Below, one piece after another: positions 1 through 11,458 of a stretch of 64,000 nucleotides of DNA. Location of the stretch: positions 74,586,001 to 74,650,000 of the forward strand of contig CM059430.1 in NCBI GenBank assembly GCA_030390025.1, read 5' to 3'. Positions within the stretch are counted from its first letter, which is position 1, and the number at the start of each line of letters is the position of its first letter. The position numbers and the translations under genes are program-made. The notes under the pieces were generated by a model. The model worked only from the letters and a program-made list of their open reading frames with translations, was not told the origin of the DNA and did no database searches. Source of the DNA: Squalus acanthias. Lineage: Eukaryota.

Positions 1-859
1 AATGTATACTTCCATCATTATCCTACCGAATTTACACTGCATCATTCTCAAAGCTTTCATACGCTTCATATGGCAGTATGCACAGAACTGCAATAATAGA
101 TCCACCATTATACTAAATAAAGACTTGTTTAAGCTTATATTGTGCTGTTTTCCTCTTTGGTCTATTGAATGCACGGCGATATTTAACAACCCATCCCCAT
201 GCATAACAAGTTCCCCCTGCTCCCTTTTTACAGTTTTTCAAATCAAAACTTAACATTTATATGGAGAACCATTGGTGACAATTATCAATCCAAGCAAAAT
301 GGTACTAAAGTGTTTACACTACATTACGATGGAAAAATTATTGGGCCCTGATATCTTTGCTTCGACGATTTTTGTAGTAACAAAGCAAATAATAAGGGGT
401 TTCCAGTAGTTTTTCCAACTTCATACAGTGCGCCTAAGCTGGCAAACATTGAAACTCTCTTCAAAATTCAGACATTTAACAACGGGACAATTATAGGTAA
501 ATTATCGCAAGTAATAATACAGGATAAACATTTTTACCCAAATGTGTGTTGCTCAGGATGAGTCAGCATAGATTTTAACCATCAGCTTGTGTTTCGCCAC
601 CCCAAATTTGAAGTAACAGTAATGGGATTTAATTGCGTCATTTACACTTGTCCGATTGAAGAGTGTCATGTGTTCCACTTCTAATATTCTTTTACAATTA
701 CGCTTTTGGATAGAATTTTGGAAAAGTTTGCCCTAATGTATTTTTGGAAGGAAAACGAAGATTGGGACTACAGATTATATCGAAAAACACTAAATAGCTT
801 GCACGATGGAGGGGTGGGTGTGCACGTCTGGGAAAGAGGAAGAGTAAAAATAATGAAAG

Positions 860-1745
860 AAGATATTAGAAAACTTGTAGACTGGGAAGTTATGTGGCAA
901 ATGAGCGTTAAGATAATAAGAACATCAAGATAAATGAGACGTGATGCAATTCGGTAGGAAATACAGAAACATCACCTTCATTTTAGAAAATAAGAAATTG
1001 AATGGGGTAGAAAAGTAGAAAAGCAAAGGGATCTAAGGATACGTGTGAACAGATCAATAAATTAAAATATCGCAGGTCAGCAAATCACTTAATAATGCTA
1101 ACAAACCAATGGGATATGTGTCTAGTGTTAAATAATTCAATAGGAATGAAGTTATGTTAAACATGTATATGACCCTGGTCAGGCCGCACTAGAGTACGTT
1201 GCACATGTCTAGTCTCCATACGATGAAAAGGAAAGAACCACTGCAGGTGGTGCCAAAAAGATGTACAACGAAGGTACTGGAGCTGAGAGACTACAGCTAT
1301 CGGGAAAGATAGAATATGTTGGTGTATTTTTCTTTAGATAAGAGTTGGTTTAGAAGGGACCTGAAAGAGGCCTTTAAAATTATGAATGGGTTGAACAGGG
1401 TAGTTGTAGAGAGAATGTTTCCAATTGTTGTAGAATTCTAAACTGGGGGCCATAAATACAAGATAGTTACTATTATGTCCAATAGGGAAATAAGAAGCAA
1501 TTTATTTACTCAGAGAATGTTAGAATGTAGAACTCGCTACCAGAGTAAGTGGTTGAGGCGACTAGCTTAGAAGCTTTCAGAACTAATCTGGTCGAGTACG
1601 TGAGAGAAAAGGGAATAGGAATGATATACTGAAAGGCTGAGACGAGGTAGATAGAATGGGGAAGGCTCGTGTGGAGTGTAAACACCAGCACATATTAGTT
1701 GGGCTGACTGGCCCATTTCTGTGCTGTATATTCCATGCTATTCTA
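860..1745 (+). mobile_element. Degraded CR1 LINE 3' fragment (RT C-terminus and 3' UTR)
   Basis: Decayed LVRPHLEY-like codons at ~1175-1200 (ctggtcaggccgcactagagtac); CR1-like 3' UTR ending in a (ATTCT)-type tail at ~1728-1745; many stops. Confidence 0.75.
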
Positions 1746-2958
1746 TATATATTTAATGAACGCAGCGAATTATATGATCGTGTTTTCAATATACCGTATA
1801 CTAAAATGGGTTTAATTCCAGACATAAGTTCTTCTAAATACCTTTATAGCAATCGGTGGTTCGAATCGCTGCATGCAGCACCGAGTTTCATACCGTAAAC
1901 ATAAGCTTACACGGATATTAAGTACGTTAATCTCTGTGAAAAATTCCTTTCAATGCTTGGTCCTACCACACCCTAATATGATGCAGTATAAGTGAAAGTT
2001 GAAGAAAATCGAAATGGTTCCTACCTTCACGTGTATTTAAATGGACTCGCTTAACTATGACGATTGCAAGAAGGAGAAATAAAATTGCCGCGCTTGCACA
2101 TCCAGCGATTAGAACATAATTGTTATCCGGTAATTTACCTAAAAAAATGATATTAAATCAAGATAAGAAGCTCTGAATTTTAAGAGAAGAGAAAGTACAC
2201 GCCACCGTATACCTTCGAAACGTACTTCCATGACAACTAAGTAACATCCCAGATTGACCATTAGTAGGCCCTGTAGTGAATTATATCATTAAATATGGAA
2301 ATTGTTGTCGAACTGAACACAAACTTGATGAATAGTTACAATGTGACAAATGGTAGAGCGTACAAGACGGTTCTGTGGTTTAGTTTAAAGCACACTATTG
2401 TTAGTAGTTCGTTTCGTCTTGAGAATATATGCCGAAAGCATGAAATCTAAAAGGAACTTTTTGCAATTCCGCGTAAATGACCCAACAGAGGCAACCACCG
2501 ATAAATTTACCATGTTCCTACATGCAGTGAGCAGCTTGTATGATGCAGTGTATCTTAACTAAGAGTACTTCTTGGTTACGAAAGCAACAAATACGCAATT
2601 TTCTGGCACTGTCATTTCTCAGCTTGGCGATTACTCTGCTATCTTACTTACATTTGCAGTTTATTTCTGACTGCAAAATGTCATATAATTCTAATTATTA
2701 GCAATATGGACACTTTCCTTTTGAAAACTGTCATTCTCCAGAAATTGAATTTGAACACCCCTTCCTATATATCATTAGACGGATAGCCAGATCGGATAGG
2801 GCATTTGTCCCATTACTGTGACTTGCGATTAAACGCAGTTTCAGAGATAAAAGGATAATATGCAAATCAACTGCTGCAGTCGGTGAGTTGCAATAGAAAA
2901 TAGATTTCTGTGGAAAAAAACCAGAACGATACAAGTGCAATGCGTGTTAAAATATCAC

Positions 2959-3261
2959 CTTTGTAGATGGTGTAGGTGACGCTGGCTGGAATTAGCAGAG
3001 AAACATGCGACACTTCACAGGTATAAGGTACCCCGTTCTGGACAGGATGTATCTCTTCTAAAGAACTCGAAACTTCATACAGTCCCTCCTCATTTGTATG
3101 TTGTACCGTTTCAAATCCAGACATAAGTTCAATGCCATCTTTTTGCCAAGTGAGTTTATATTCCTTCGGGTAAAATCCGGCCGTTTTGCACTCGAGGTTG
3201 AGAGGAGAAGGAGAAACTCCTTCAGATGCTTTGGGGAGAATCTTCAGGGGAACTGGAGCAG
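2959..3261 (-). CDS. C1-set Ig domain exon of a VJ-C1 IgSF receptor
   Basis: Phase 1-1 exon of 303 nt (acceptor aataaAG after a (TTC)n tract; donor G|GTGATA). Translation (A)APVPLKILPKASEGVSPSPLNLECKTAGFYPKEYKLTWQKDG...YEVSSSL...YTCEVSHVSLLIPASVTY has the C1 hallmarks CxxxGFYP, core Trp and YxCxVxHxSL. Confidence 0.9.
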
Positions 3262-3267
3262 CTTTAT

Positions 3268-3305
3268 TGAAGAAGAAGAAGAAGAAGAAGAAGAAGAAGA
3301 AGAAG
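3268..3305. repeat. (GAA)n/(TTC)n microsatellite, about 12 units
   Basis: Direct reading; abuts the C1 exon acceptor on the minus strand. Confidence 0.97.
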
Positions 3306-3911
3306 GGAATATTACACCCAAAAGGAAAATTTTCTCATTTCAATCTACCTGACGGTTAATATAATAAAATAATTCCTGTTATGATTTTTTACTGTAACTG
3401 AATTATCAATGATTTCTGATGCAGCCTTATCGATTGATTCCTTTATTATGTATTCGAAATTATTTTATTTTCCGATTTCCTCTGCGAAAGCTATTAAATT
3501 ACCATGTTATAAATATTGTCTCTCGTTAAATCTAGCAGAATTAATTTGACATAATTGTCCCATATATATTATTATTTCTACATTTAGCTCTGCGTGTTGT
3601 ACTTGAAACTGTTGCAGTTATGCAGAATTTGTTCTGATATTCGGGCCTTCAACCCTCAGAGGCATCTCAGACAGGACTAAAAGCAACTTCCTGTATTTCG
3701 GCTTTTCTTGAAAGTTATAACAAAAATACGCTTGCATCTGAATAACTGAAAATGTAAGCAAAAGAAAAAATGTTTCTGCTCAAAAATTAAAGTATTTTCT
3801 CAGCTAATCTGCTGTTTCCATCCAAGAAAGTGGCTCCTCTTTGAAAAAATAGATGAATACATGTATTATTAAATAAATAAATAGTTGATGAATATGTTAG
3901 ATATATAGATC

Positions 3912-4071
3912 NNNNNNNNNNNNNNNNNNNNNNNNNNNNNNNNNNNNNNNNNNNNNNNNNNNNNNNNNNNNNNNNNNNNNNNNNNNNNNNNNNNNNNNNN
4001 NNNNNNNNNNNNNNNNNNNNNNNNNNNNNNNNNNNNNNNNNNNNNNNNNNNNNNNNNNNNNNNNNNNNNNN
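3912..4071. other. Assembly gap (N run) in the V-C1 intron
   Basis: Run of n. Confidence 1.
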
Positions 4072-4620
4072 CATGGGTAAGAATAATTGTAAATAGGACT
4101 TGTCAATTCAAAGTAAGATTGATATGGAATGAAGTACTTTGAAGTGCAATGACTGTTATCTTAGCAAATACCAAATGGGTTATGCACATAATTCCTGGAA
4201 TGGGAATAAAGCCAATCTTTTGATTCCAGACTAATTCCTGGTTGTATATTATCATCATTGAACCTAAATTAATGGCCAGACCATGAAGTGGGGAATATAA
4301 CCGGTGCATATTTTATCCATTAAATCTGATGAAAAATAAGCTCTTTAAGTTAATTGATAGGACCGATAGAGTAGCAGGATTGGCCTTTCATTGAGATCAA
4401 AGTAGTGAACCATTCATTGAAATGTAAGATGTTTAACGTATAACGTGTTCTTAATTCGCTGTATAATGAGATGGCATTAACGAGATTTACAATAACAAAT
4501 GCATATAACGTAGATACTTATTTCCGTGGAAACAACGTCTGTAACAACAATAAAATCATATTTTTGTTTTCCTTCTTAAATACCGTTTGAATATCGATGT
4601 AGATACAACTCGACCCTTAC

Positions 4621-4932
4621 CATATACAGCCAGTTGTGCACCAGTTCCGTTTCCCATAGATTTTCCCTGATATGTCACTGCACAGTAATACATTCCGGCG
4701 TCCAGTGTATTCACATTCAGAAGGTGGAAGTTGCTAGAGCTTCTCTTTGTTTGGAACGCTTTCCGACTGTCTGGTTGTAAGTATCTATTGTATCCGTGTC
4801 TCCACCAGGACACCGTAATTTCTGCGAGCTCTTGATAAAGCGGGAAAGTGCAATAGAAAGAAACATTTGAACCAATGAGTGTGATCTTTCTTTCATTGAT
4901 CTGAGTTACTTTGGCCGATGTTCCAAGAAAAA
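4621..4932 (-). CDS. V-set (VJ-type) Ig domain exon, NCR3/NKp30- or SIRP-like
   Basis: Phase 1-1 exon (ttttcttgacAG ... TATG|GTAAGG) encoding KVTQ...SNVSFYC...VSWW...FHLLNVNTLDAGMYYCAVTYQGKSMGNGTGAQLAVY: both canonical Cys, the Trp, DxGxYYC and a J-like diglycine G strand in one exon. Confidence 0.92.
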
Positions 4933-5301
4933 CTGTCAAGAAAATAAAACAAATTCGACTGCAGCGTTCATACATGGGATATATGGCATCTGCTGGCACA
5001 ATAATACCGTCCGCCCAGCTAACTAATATATTAGTGATTGCATGTACAGATCTTTCTGACTAGTTCAGCGCATGCGAATGTGTTTCTTCGCTAAAGTAGC
5101 AAGCTTAGTCCCACATTTATCCCTTATTTTTTCTGATTTATATTGAGAAACACGTGCGATAAAAAAAATACATAAACCGAAGAAAAAACTCAGGAACAGT
5201 AGCAATATCAAAAAAGGAACATTGTAGCACTTGTAATGGTTTGCTTCATGTATTCGTTCCTGTTTAGCAAAGACGATATATAACAAACAAGATTGTTTTA
5301 C

Positions 5302-5356
5302 CTGGAGAAACAATGCTCAGGATGAACATGCGACGCAGGACATCACCCACAACCAT
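5302..5356 (-). CDS. Leader (signal peptide) exon of the VJ-C1 gene
   Basis: ATG at 5356, MVVGDVLRRMFILSIVSP, then phase-1 donor CCAG|GTAAAA; splices in frame to VFLGTSA-KVTQ giving a plausible signal peptide. Confidence 0.8.
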
Positions 5357-5489
5357 ATCGGCAAGATCACTTTTGGAAAAAGAGAACGGAATTGCTGAAC
5401 ATGTGAGTAAAATGGAAATGGTGGGCGTTATAATTTGGTAAGTACCTATGACGTGAACATTACATATTTCGATCATCGCCCCTTTCAGA

Positions 5490-5503
5490 ATTCCACTTCC
5501 TCC
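5490..5503 (-). promoter_or_regulatory. Candidate Ets/PU.1 site (GAGGAAGTG) about 140 bp upstream of the leader ATG
   Basis: Consensus match and position only. Confidence 0.35.
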
Positions 5504-6959
5504 TGAGTGAGATCTACGGTCGTTGCTTTTAGAAGAAATAAATGTCTAGAACAGATCCATCTATAACAAGGACTTGGGCAGATTAGAAGACGTGCAGGAC
5601 TAAAAATGTCCATGATGACTCAGTTCTTCACCGGCGCCCACAATTGCATGAACGAGCTTAGCTATTGTTGTTGGAGATTTATTTTTAAGGCAGATGCAAT
5701 AATTCTATAGAGGTTCAAAATTATTTTCGGATCTCTTTTAGAAACTTGAGTGCAAGATGATGTAGACTATTTTAATCACTTCAAATTAATAATTTTAATA
5801 ATTAATTACTGCTGACGAATCCGAAAGTTCGTTGCATCCATTGTTCATTTACGAGCAGCACTTAAATTTAAATACGATTTTATTCTCATGCTAATTCATC
5901 GCGAAAAATATAGTTTGGAAATGATAACGTGGTTTGATAGATTGTTGAGCAAAATAACAATTACAACAATAGGTTCATGCTTCAATTTACTTACGATAAA
6001 GAGAGTAAGCAAAAGGTGTTTCAATGAACAAGCAAAAGTGTAAGTTTTTTTCAAATTACTTTTACAGATGTGAGTGCCAAATGTAGACGGTAGTACATTG
6101 CTAACATAGTAAACACAGTAAGGTAGCAACTTCAAGTGCACATCAATGTAAAAGTCACAATATAATTCGGAGTCACGTCCGTCATTAACAATGATTGCAA
6201 AATGTGTAAAACCTCTTCTTCCTGGAACATAGTTCGAGGAAGACATATAGTACATCTCAACAAGACCTGGCAACTTAATAAAGTTACGGGGAAAATTTAG
6301 TAGGAAATAAAAGCTTCCAGATGTTGGTGTGACGTTATTGTATCTGCTATTATGAGGTGTTAAGTGGCTTACTTCATTCATTTAGCATTCATACCTCTTA
6401 ATGTTATACGACAGGATTCACTGCCACAGTTCTCTGCTCGTATCTTTGGTGGAGTGGGTCTCTTCACAATTACATGAGGACGCACGCGCAAATCTCGCTC
6501 CTGGTCGGTATAAACCATTCGCAGCCTGCTTTACAAATCTATTCTTTGTGGCTTCGATTCACACATCCCAGATATGGGTTTGCGATCAACCAAATAATAG
6601 AAGTCCAACCGAAACTAAAGCATAAGCTGAAGCAAGCAGATGGAAACATGACAGAAAAGTGATTATTCCAGCAGGTCTCTGCGGATGCGAGCGCTACCGA
6701 AAACTGTTTCCATTATGTTACTATCACAACTTTTATTTACTTTTTAAATTGTAGTGGTTTTATTAACGATTAGATAATAAAGTCATTTAACAACGATGTC
6801 CTGAGAAGAAAATGAGCTAAGATTATGTCACAAAGGATTCTGCCAATGTTACTGCAGAAGTCGTTGGTGAAAAGTTTTTATTTGTAGCGCATCTCCAGAA
6901 AAGGTCAGTAAAATGAAATGTGCATTTAATTGGAGGTAGCAGTGTTTGAAAAAAACTAT

Positions 6960-7160
6960 TAAGGTTCTTCCATACTGCGCCTGTTGGGTCAGATGCGACC
7001 TCTTGCAGAGAATGCATGCTGGATCCTTGACAATGTAAATAGAGGCATAGCGTACCAGAGCAGGAAAATTTTACTAATCCTTTATAAGTCACTGTTTAGG
7101 CCTCATTTGCAGTATTGTGTAAAATTATGGGCAGCGCACTTAGGAAGAATGCCAATTCGG
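6960..7160 (+). mobile_element. Short CR1 RT fragment
   Basis: ORF 6984-7196 contains LYKSLFRPHLQYCVKLW. Confidence 0.7.
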
Positions 7161-7404
7161 TCCATGGGTTACCAATGTAGAAATAAAGTACTTTAAAATA
7201 CTTTACAAATTTTACGTTATTTCTGGACTTTTTTTCAATTTACCGAAAGGACAGAAAATTTCGCTGCAAAGAAACTTATACTAAAATGAAATCAGCGTTT
7301 TACGGCCCTTTGGTATTACAGGTATCTTAATTATGTATAAACTTTTCTGCATGAGCTAAGGTTTGTTTTTTTTCCTGTTTTTTAGTGTTTTGTATATAGT
7401 GCTA

Positions 7405-7690
7405 TTGCTCTACATAGGTACACAGCATATTTCCAACAATTTTGCACATGATATTTTCAACAATGGTGTACAGACTATTGTTAAAATAGTGGACATAGCA
7501 TTGTAAAAATCGTGCATATAACACTCTCAACACTGGTGTACCAAACATCCTCAAAAATGATATATAGAACATTCTCAACAACGCTGTTCAGAACATTGTC
7601 AGCAGTGATGTACAAAACATTCACAACGGTGGCTTACTTAATATTCACAACAGTGGTATACAGGGCATTCTCATCAGCAGTGTACAGATC
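7405..7690. repeat. Degenerate 24-bp minisatellite, left part
   Basis: Unit approximately ttcacaacagtggtgtacagg(a/g)ca; 8-aa periodicity FTTVVYRA in ORF 7512-7778. Confidence 0.8.
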
Positions 7691-8742
7691 ATTCCCGCAG
7701 GGATCTGAATGTCCTGCAGGGATCTGTGTGTCCCGCAGAGTTCTGTGTTGGGGCCTCAGCAATTCACGCTATTTTTGAACGACTTGGATGATGGCACAGA
7801 AAGTCATGTATCCAAATTTGCTGATGACACAAAGATAGGCGGCATTGTAGACAGTGCAGATGATAGCATAAAATTATGAAGGGATATTGATAGATTAAGT
7901 TATTGGGCAAAATTGTGGTAAATGGATTTCAATTTACACAAATGTGCGGTCATCCAGTTTCGACCTAAAAAGGAAAGAACATGGCACTTTCTAAACGGGG
8001 AAAGGAAAAAAAACAGTGGATGTCCGAAGAGATTTGGGGGTTTAATACATAAATCATTAAAATATCATGAACTGGTGCAGAAAATAATCAAAAATGCTAA
8101 TGGAATGCTGGCCTTTATATCTAGAGAACTAGAGTACAAGAGTGTAGAAGTTATGCTGCAGCTATACAAAACCCTGGTTAGACCACACCTGGAGTACTGT
8201 GAGCAGTTCTGGACACCACACCTTAGGAACGATATATTGGCCTTGGAGGGGGTGCAGCGTAAGTTTACCAAAATGATACCTGGACTTCAGGGGTTAAGTA
8301 ACCGGATCAGATTACACAAATTAGGATTGTATTCCCTGGAATTTAGAAGGTTAAGGGGTTTTCTGATCGAAGTTTTCAGGATATTAAAGGGAACAGATAG
8401 GATAGATAGAGATAAATTATTTCCGCTGGTTGGAGATTCTAGGACTAGGAGGCTCAGTCTAAAATTTAGAGCCAGACCTTTCAGGAGTGAAATTAGGAAA
8501 CACTTCTACACACAAAGGATGGTAGAAGGTTTGAACTCTCTTCCGCAAAGAGCATTTCATGTTAGAACAATTGTTAATTTTAAATCGGTGATCGATAGCT
8601 TTTGATTAACCAAAGGTATTAAGGGATATGGACCAAAGGCGGGTTTAATGGAGTTAGATCGCAGATCAGCCATGATCTCGTTGAATTGCGGAACAGGCTC
8701 GAGGGGATGAATAGCCTATTCTTCTTCCTATGTTCCTGTTCC
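7691..8742 (+). mobile_element. 5'-truncated CR1 LINE inserted in the minisatellite
   Basis: SKFADDTK codons at ~7811-7835; ORF 7922-8605 with LVRPHLEYCEQFW and RRLRG; 3' tail cctatgttcctgttcc. Confidence 0.92.
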
Positions 8743-8744
8743 CA

Positions 8745-8990
8745 ACTGCAATTTTTAGGACATGCTAAAATATGGTGTACAGGACATTGTCAACAATGTT
8801 GTATAGGATATTGTCGACATTGGTGTAAAGGACATTCTCAGATGTTACTTACAGGATAATATCAAAAGTGGTGCTCAGGACATGGTCAGCAATGGTGTAA
8901 GGACATTCACAACAGTTGTGTACACGGCATTGACAACAGTAGTGTACAGGGCATTCCCACCAGTGGCATATATAACAACCTCAACAGTGC
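8745..8990. repeat. Degenerate 24-bp minisatellite, right part
   Basis: Same unit resumes after the CR1 tail (ORF 8882: FTTVVYTALTTVVYRA). Confidence 0.8.
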
Positions 8991-9016
8991 TGTGCAGCAA
9001 TAAATTGAATTGCTAT

Positions 9017-9147
9017 NNNNNNNNNNNNNNNNNNNNNNNNNNNNNNNNNNNNNNNNNNNNNNNNNNNNNNNNNNNNNNNNNNNNNNNNNNNNNNNNNNNN
9101 NNNNNNNNNNNNNNNNNNNNNNNNNNNNNNNNNNNNNNNNNNNNNNN
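9017..9147. other. Assembly gap followed by CT-rich simple repeat
   Basis: Run of n, then ctctctct. Confidence 1.
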
Positions 9148-10409
9148 TTTTGTCTCTGTCCCTACCTTTGTCTCTCTCGCGCACTCTCTCTCTCTCTGAA
9201 AACGGTATTAAGTTATTGATGTGTGATATTTGTATTCTTTCTATGTGTATGCCATGCTCATTTTACCGACGGAGCTAACAGATGTCTGATGTTGTTACTG
9301 AGCTATCCCATTCAATAACTCCCGATGAAAGAGTCAGGCAGAATTACTCATGGTATTTTATGAAATTGGATATATTAAGCACAACCTCCGCAATAATCAT
9401 TAACTGTCGATGATACGAGTGGAACGCGTTATATAAATAGATATTATTATATACATATTTATAAACATCTTACATATAATTTTTATTAAAAACTTACAGA
9501 GATACTCCACCTAACGTCCTTTCTGAACCAGCACGGACATTGCTAAGATCCAATTATAACATTCTGCAAATAATGTGAAGTCATACGTGTCTTATGTCTT
9601 GCAAACTGTTGCACGCTCTGTTCAGCTTACCCGTTCATTGCCATCACTGGATACGTCAGTTATTTTTCAAAGTTTGGAAATTTTTGAATGAAGCTCCTGA
9701 AGTGGTTAATCTGAGTTAAAGTTTTCTGTTATATGTTGTCTTTCTGTGGCAATTTGACATTTTGCAAGCAGGCTTTGAACTCTTCTCAGAAACGGGTCAG
9801 TGTTTGCCTCAGCGTGACTTGAACTGGGCGCAGCAGTGAACTGCACATGTTTCCACTAGATTATGAAATCTTCAATACTCAGCCTTCTTTAAGCAGTATT
9901 TGAAAAACTAAAAATCAGGAAATACCTTTCCCCATGAATTTAAAAACCAGCGACGTATGGTGGATTATTAAATAAATATGATGTTACAAAAACATTGAAG
10001 TTCAAGTTAAAAAAGCTTTTCATATTTCGCTGCATTCAGCGCTAAATACCAGAATTGAAAGAAAACAAATGCGGTCGCTTACTGATTTTACTGCACTGAT
10101 CTTCCGCTAGAATTTCTGAAGAGGTTCTCCCGCTCGGATTTCGTGACTTCGGTGGAAGATTGGCATGTATATTTTTGATACCAAAGGCACGACTACTGAT
10201 GCGGGACAGCCCCGGAAATTCCGGCGACTTAGTTTCGCTGCTTAGACTGTGAGGAAAGTAAATTTGTAATTTAAATATGAATATTTTTACAATTACCTTA
10301 ATTTTGCGAGTTCCTCCAACTCTAGTTTTTAGCATTCATCTCAAAATATACATTTATATAGCACAGAAAATGACAAAAGATGCATATTTATTTTTATAAA
10401 ACGAATAAC

Positions 10410-11458
10410 TTTTGAACCGGAACTTGCGGTCAGTCGGGAAGCAAAGGCGCTCACCGCTGGCCCCGAAGAAAACTGCTTCTTTGCAGACGTAAGATAAATG
10501 TTACAGAGAGCAAAAATTCGATTGGTACTCTCATATGGGGATAAGGCAGAACCTGAAATAGCATGAAAAAACATTTTTAAAATATTTTTTTTAAATTGTA
10601 ATTTTTACCATAATGGAGACATTTGACACTCCACAATTATAAAAATGAGTTATTCAGGGCCATAACGTTTGTTTAGCAGTGAATAAGCTATTAAAACTCC
10701 AGGCACACCTATTCCAACTGTCTTTAATGTTTAATATGGTAATTAACAGCGATATTACCGTGGAAAAAACTTAGTTTTCGTCAGTTTCACTGAATTAACT
10801 GATTGCTGGCTGTGGGAGTGGGGTGGGGGTAGGGGTAGACCACAGCGCAGTCAATGTCGGAGCAGTGAATGATGGACCGCAAATTCAGGATTAACGCGTT
10901 TAGATGCGCATGCACTAAATCTTGAACTTTCGGTCATTTTCAGAGCGGTAAATTAAAGAATGACGTCCACTGGACGTCTCAAAGCGTTTTACAGCCAATT
11001 AAGTACTTTTGGAGTGTAGTCACTGTTGTAATGTGGGTCATGCGGCAGCCAATTCGCGCACAGCAAGCCCTTAAATACAGCAATGTGATAATGACCCGAT
11101 GAACTGTTTTTGTTATGTTGATTGAGGGATTAATATTGGCCAGGTCAATGGGGATAACTCCATACTCTACTTCGAAATATTGCCAATGGATCTTTTACCG
11201 CCACCTGAGAAAGCAGATGGGGGCTCGGTTTAACGTTTCATCCAAAAGACGGCACCTATCGAGAGCGCAATACTCCATTGGCACCGCACTGTCAGCTTAG
11301 ATTTATGTGTTCAAGTCCCTGGAATGGGTCTTGAAGCCACGACCTTCATGACTCTAGAGGCGACTGTGCTACCAACTGAGCCACAGCTGACACCCCAGTG
11401 CAGTAATAACGGCCAACGCAATTAGTTCGCCGTTGTTACCCAGCGCAAATTGCGAGCC
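10410..11458. mobile_element. Probable MITE-like element hosting a SINE insertion
   Basis: Ends ccggaacttgcggtcag / cagcgcaaattgcgagcc are loosely inverted; internal palindrome ~10876-10935 (gaccgcaaattcaggattaacgcg...tgcactaaatcttgaactttcggtc) resembles that of the 23.8 kb element. Confidence 0.45.
10975..11393 (-). mobile_element. tRNA-derived DeuSINE (SacSINE1-like)
   Basis: Minus strand begins gtgtcagctgTGGCTCAGTTGG (A box), degenerate B box gcttcaagaccc, body ggtgccgtcttttggatgaaacgttaaaccgag. Confidence 0.8.

Noticed and set aside
3098-3352. Plus-strand ORF with poly-Glu
   Set aside because: Antisense to the C1 exon; poly-E is just the GAA microsatellite
4621-4700. Rearranging TCR/Ig V segment
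   Set aside because: No RSS follows the YYC; the J-like strand and splice donor are contiguous in the germline
5896-6381. 161-aa minus-strand ORF upstream of the leader
   Set aside because: No recognisable domain or splice context; likely a chance ORF in AT-rich DNA
7512-7778. Repeat-protein ORF or CRISPR-like array
   Set aside because: Tandem 24-bp units with no unique spacers, no cas genes, eukaryotic context
11320-11393. tRNA gene (also 26860-26930 and 15634-15700)
   Set aside because: A and B boxes run directly into SINE or LINE bodies; no complete cloverleaf seen
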